Shown here one piece after another: positions 46,345 to 49,228 of a stretch of DNA of 49,228 bases; the stretch's first letter is position 1, and every line of letters begins with the position of its first letter. The DNA is taken from assembly GCA_023145975.1 (NCBI GenBank), contig JAGLCZ010000777.1:1-49228 (forward strand). Reading direction: 5' to 3'. Under the pieces are notes generated by a model. It was not told the origin of the DNA, did not search any database, and worked only from the letters and a program-made list of their open reading frames with translations. The DNA comes from Candidatus Hydrogenedentota bacterium (GTDB taxonomy: Bacteria; Hydrogenedentota; Hydrogenedentia; Hydrogenedentales; CAITNO01). The translations under genes were made by a program, and so were the position numbers.

Positions 46345-46440
46345 CAGGGTCTGATCGACCCCATGCCCAGGCGAACGGCAAACTTACAGACATATTGCTC
46401 CATCGTGGTCGATTCCACGTAAACTCTCGCCAGTCACAAT
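46345..46440 (-). promoter_or_regulatory. Probable glycine riboswitch (single aptamer) in the gcvT leader
   Basis: The minus strand reads CTGGCGAGAG-ttta-CGTGG-aatcga-CCACGAUGGAGCAA-...-UUGC-cguucg-CCUGGGCAUGGGGUC-gaUCAG. This resembles the glycine aptamer layout: GGAGAG, a P2 hairpin, xGCCGAAGGAGCAA, P3, then CUCAGGCAAAAGGAC. It sits directly upstream of a gcvT operon, the canonical context. Confidence 0.55.
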
Positions 46441-46855
46441 ATGTCGCTGATTGAGATATACTATGCCATATTGAGAAAGTAAATGCAAATAAATATACCT
46501 GCCGGCAATTCTATAACCCACACTGTACCCTCTTACCCTATGATAGTAATTTTTGAGGAAACAGGATTTTTCTGTCATAGCAAGTACTTTTCTTTCAGAT
46601 TGGATATAAACAGCAGTAAATAAGTACAATAGGGCTATTAGATTATGATATTACTCTAATGTACGCCACAAAAGATCGTACCCTTCGTTACAAAAAGAAC
46701 AGGATGTATAGGCAATGAATTAAAATAGTGGTGTTTCTTTTCTGTTTTTTTTATGTCGAATACCGAAGGTCGCCCTCTCATAACAATAACCTACTGTTCT
46801 TGATCTTTTCAGTTATAAAGAATAAGTGTAGTGTTTTGATGCAAGGATATAATTT

Positions 46856-47758
46856 ATGGATTCTGGTTTAAATCAACAAGCAGCCGACAATACAGCCGGC
46901 AGCCCTGAAGAAAATAAAGCAAGAAAATATCTTGCTGCAGCGGACGAAGGAAATGTTGATGCGCAATTTATGCTGGGGGCATGCTATGCCCTGGGGGTTG
47001 GTGTTGAGAAAAACCTGATAGAGGCCATGCGCTGGTATGGACGCGCCGGGGAGAACGGTGTAGTAAAAGCCCAACTTAATCTCGCCATATTACTCGAAAA
47101 AGGTGACGTGGGCAAACCCAATCCAAAAGAGGCAGCACACTGGTATCAAAAGGCCGCAGAAATGGGTAATGCTACGGCACAATTTAATCTTGGCACCTGT
47201 TATGCCTTTGGAAAAGGCGTTGAGAAAAAAACCGGGGAAGCAACCGACTGGTTTCGCAGGGCTGCCGATCAGGGACACATGACAGCACAATTCAATCTGG
47301 CTATTTGTTATTCCAAAGGCATTGGCATATTACAGGATCAGAGCGAAGCAATAGCATGGTATACCAAAGCAGCAGAACAAGGTCATGCCAAAGCCCAATA
47401 CAATCTGGGTATATGTCACGCCAAAGGTGAGGGTGTCGAACAAAGCCATTTTGAAGCGGTACGGTGGTATCACATGGCAGCCGATCAGAATGACGTAATG
47501 GCACAATTCAATCTCGGGCGGTGTTACACCAAAGGTCAGGGGGCATTACAAGACCCCTATGAAGCGGCACGATGGTATACAAAATCTGCGGAGTTGGGTT
47601 TCCCAAAAGCACAAATTACTCTTGCCGACTGCTACTACCGGGGTGAAGGGGTAGATCAATCTCCCCAAAAAGCAGTGCTATGGTGTGAAAAGGCCGCAAA
47701 TCTGGGAAACTCGGCAGCAGTAAAACGCCTGGGGAAATATAAGACAGGACAAGCTTAA
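46856..47758 (+). CDS. Sel1-like (SLR/TPR-family) repeat protein
   Basis: Seven consecutive 36-aa repeats follow the pattern AQ[FY]NLGxCYxxGxGVxxxxxEAxxWYxKAAxxG. No obvious signal peptide is present. Confidence 0.88.
   Translation: MDSGLNQQAADNTAGSPEENKARKYLAAADEGNVDAQFMLGACYALGVGVEKNLIEAMRWYGRAGENGVVKAQLNLAILLEKGDVGKPNPKEAAHWYQKAAEMGNATAQFNLGTCYAFGKGVEKKTGEATDWFRRAADQGHMTAQFNLAICYSKGIGILQDQSEAIAWYTKAAEQGHAKAQYNLGICHAKGEGVEQSHFEAVRWYHMAADQNDVMAQFNLGRCYTKGQGALQDPYEAARWYTKSAELGFPKAQITLADCYYRGEGVDQSPQKAVLWCEKAANLGNSAAVKRLGKYKTGQA
46961..47716 (+). repeat. Seven tandem 108-nt (36-codon) Sel1 repeat units inside the CDS
   Basis: The periodicity is read directly from the translation, from residue A36 to about residue 287. 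The repeats are diverged at the DNA level. Confidence 0.8.
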
Positions 47759-47768
47759 GCGCCGATTC

Positions 47769-48161
47769 TCAATCAAAGTCATCGAAAAAATCAGGGCTGT
47801 CCAATTCACTAAGTTCCTTCTGAACAAAACGCTGTATTTCACCCTCGGTGATGGGTCTAAGCGCCTCATCCGGCTCTTCAGATTTTTTCTGCCTGCCTGA
47901 TTCCGGTTTCCCCTCTGAGAAACACTGGCGTACCTGCCGCTCCAAGTACTCGGACAATACCTGCATCACATGCTCATACTTTTCTTTAATGGTTCCCTTA
48001 TTCATGATTTCATCATCAAGGGGCAACGCCTCACTGGCAAATATAGCAACGAGGCGACTACACTCGGGGCACGGTCCAATAATAATGGAACCGGGAGGCG
48101 GCATCATTATTTGACCTGCCACACCACAGTGCGGGCAATGTATTTTCAGTAAAGAAATCAT
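47769..48161 (-). CDS. Hypothetical zinc-ribbon protein with acidic C-terminal tail
   Basis: The CPHCG...(x17)...CPEC four-Cys ribbon lies at the N-terminus. A charged helical region follows, and the C-terminus is ...LDSPDFFDDFD. Confidence 0.55.
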   Translation of the reverse strand: MISLLKIHCPHCGVAGQIMMPPPGSIIIGPCPECSRLVAIFASEALPLDDEIMNKGTIKEKYEHVMQVLSEYLERQVRQCFSEGKPESGRQKKSEEPDEALRPITEGEIQRFVQKELSELDSPDFFDDFD

Positions 48162-48407
48162 ATTCTAAACTCCAAATATTTCCTATATGTAGTATACCAT
48201 ATAAAAGGAAAATCGTTTGTTAGCCATAGGTTTCTGTCTTGCCCCGACCTATAAATAATACCGCCGAAATTCACACTTGTATGGCGATCCCCGGTATTTT
48301 CCATTCCTGTATGCGGAAAGAATAATCACAACCCCAAAAGGGTTCCTTGGTGCTAAACGTAAAGTAAGGACAACACCTCTGGATACAGAAAATATTCCCC
48401 CTCAATA

Positions 48408-49228
48408 TCAGAACTTAATGGAACTTCCGGGGAATGCGACTAAACTGATTTCAAAATCCACATCGATTCCTGATTCCCGGTCACGAACACGAATAGCAGA
48501 TTCCCAGCAATCGAATTTCCGGCGCAGTTCATAGGTCTGACTACGTAAGTTCCCATCTTTCAAGTTGTAAATATGCTCAAAGCCAAGTCCCCAGTTTTCA
48601 CCCAGTTTATAGCCTAAACCATAGAGCACTTCACGGTTAAACACCTGTCCATCTGTATCGGTATAGAAAAAACCGATGCGCCCACTGAAACGCCCGCCCA
48701 ACATAGTATTATCATAGTAAAGCTGCGTTAATATACGACTGTAATCCCCGCTGCTGCGCTCTACGCCGTAGAGCTCTTCGCGCCAGGTATAATCACGGAA
48801 TTGTTCATATACTTTTGGAAACCAGCGCTGGAATCCTTTACGATGTTCCGACGCGGCATATTGCGCACTGGTGTGCCGTTCACCCACGAACTGCGCTCCC
48901 CACCATGGACGGGGACGTATATCTATCTCGACCTCATAGTCTTCGCTTTTTCGTACTTCGTTCCAAAAATCATTTCCCTGATAAAGACAGATACGCCCGA
49001 CCTGCCATACTTCATCGGATTCCGCATCACGCCCCAAAAATAGATTTGTAATTTTCGTCTCAACACGGCTGTGCCCATAAACATTATCCAGCATATCAAA
49101 TTGCGGCGCATCATAGGGGCTTAAGGTAGAATCGGGACGATACGAATAAGTAACGGAAGGCGTTACAATATGTTTAAATCCGGAGAAACCCAGTATCCCT
49201 GGATATATTTTATGAAAGCGGGTTTCCA
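48408..49228 (-). CDS. lptD: LPS-assembly outer-membrane protein LptD, C-terminal part (5' end beyond window)
   Basis: By my own translation, the reading frame stays open upstream of the ORF-track Met at 49094 to the window edge. The beta-barrel-like alternating pattern and C-terminal DCWESAIRVRDRE...VDFEISL resemble the LptD ...CCYAIRVGYER...FNIEL region. Confidence 0.65.
   Translation of the reverse strand, partial: ETRFHKIYPGILGFSGFKHIVTPSVTYSYRPDSTLSPYDAPQFDMLDNVYGHSRVETKITNLFLGRDAESDEVWQVGRICLYQGNDFWNEVRKSEDYEVEIDIRPRPWWGAQFVGERHTSAQYAASEHRKGFQRWFPKVYEQFRDYTWREELYGVERSSGDYSRILTQLYYDNTMLGGRFSGRIGFFYTDTDGQVFNREVLYGLGYKLGENWGLGFEHIYNLKDGNLRSQTYELRRKFDCWESAIRVRDRESGIDVDFEISLVAFPGSSIKF

Noticed and set aside
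46384-46629. 81-aa minus-strand ORF upstream of gcvT
   Set aside because: It overlaps the riboswitch-like aptamer and the AT-rich leader. Its Tyr/Ile/Leu-rich sequence has no SD or motif and is more likely untranslated leader.
1-49228. Search for CRISPR arrays, IS elements, integrases, prophage or defence islands, and rRNA/tRNA genes
   Set aside because: No regularly spaced direct repeats, no transposase or integrase-like translations in the six-frame track, and no tRNA cloverleaf candidates turned up in the intergenic regions I read. The window looks like core chromosome.

Overview
This is a 49.2-kb gene-dense chromosomal window with about 40 protein-coding genes, and both edges cut through a gene. 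Most of the content is core housekeeping. It includes recN, aroK, a phosphomannomutase, glmS, fba, mltG-ruvX, pdxJ, folP-ftsH, bcp, ychF, a complete gcvT-gcvH-gcvPA-gcvPB glycine-cleavage operon and the 3' part of lptD. A block of 11 consecutive genes on the minus strand runs from 26919 down to 14182. Three traits suggest a PVC-like or related uncultivated lineage, but this is inference only. They are a DUF1559 prepilin-like protein, Tat-signal 'cytoplasmic-type' enzymes, and dockerin/PKD-tagged exported enzymes. I found no rRNA, tRNA, CRISPR array, transposase, integrase, phage genes or recognisable defence or toxin-antitoxin modules. RNA and regulatory calls are a probable single-aptamer glycine riboswitch upstream of gcvT, two clear Rho-independent terminators (after glmS and after fba), a near-consensus sigma-70-type promoter upstream of the comEA-like gene, and a 30-nt near-perfect palindrome in the nitrilase/aroK divergent region. 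I do not see a convincing multi-gene novel system. The best leads are single genes or gene pairs. (1) A membrane-anchored HEAT-repeat protein with a zinc phospholipase C-like motif and a CCGC tail. (2) Two adjacent Hanks kinases, one with an extracytoplasmic FGE-like domain lacking the FGE cysteines and one with an HRDLAPEN catalytic loop. (3) An exported two-gene unit of a Tat-signal C-N hydrolase and a GH3-like/PKD protein that appears to have lost GH3 catalytic residues. (4) A GAF/sigma-54 activator followed by a small Cys-rich membrane protein. All functional calls rest on motifs recognised by eye in the supplied translations; no database search was run.
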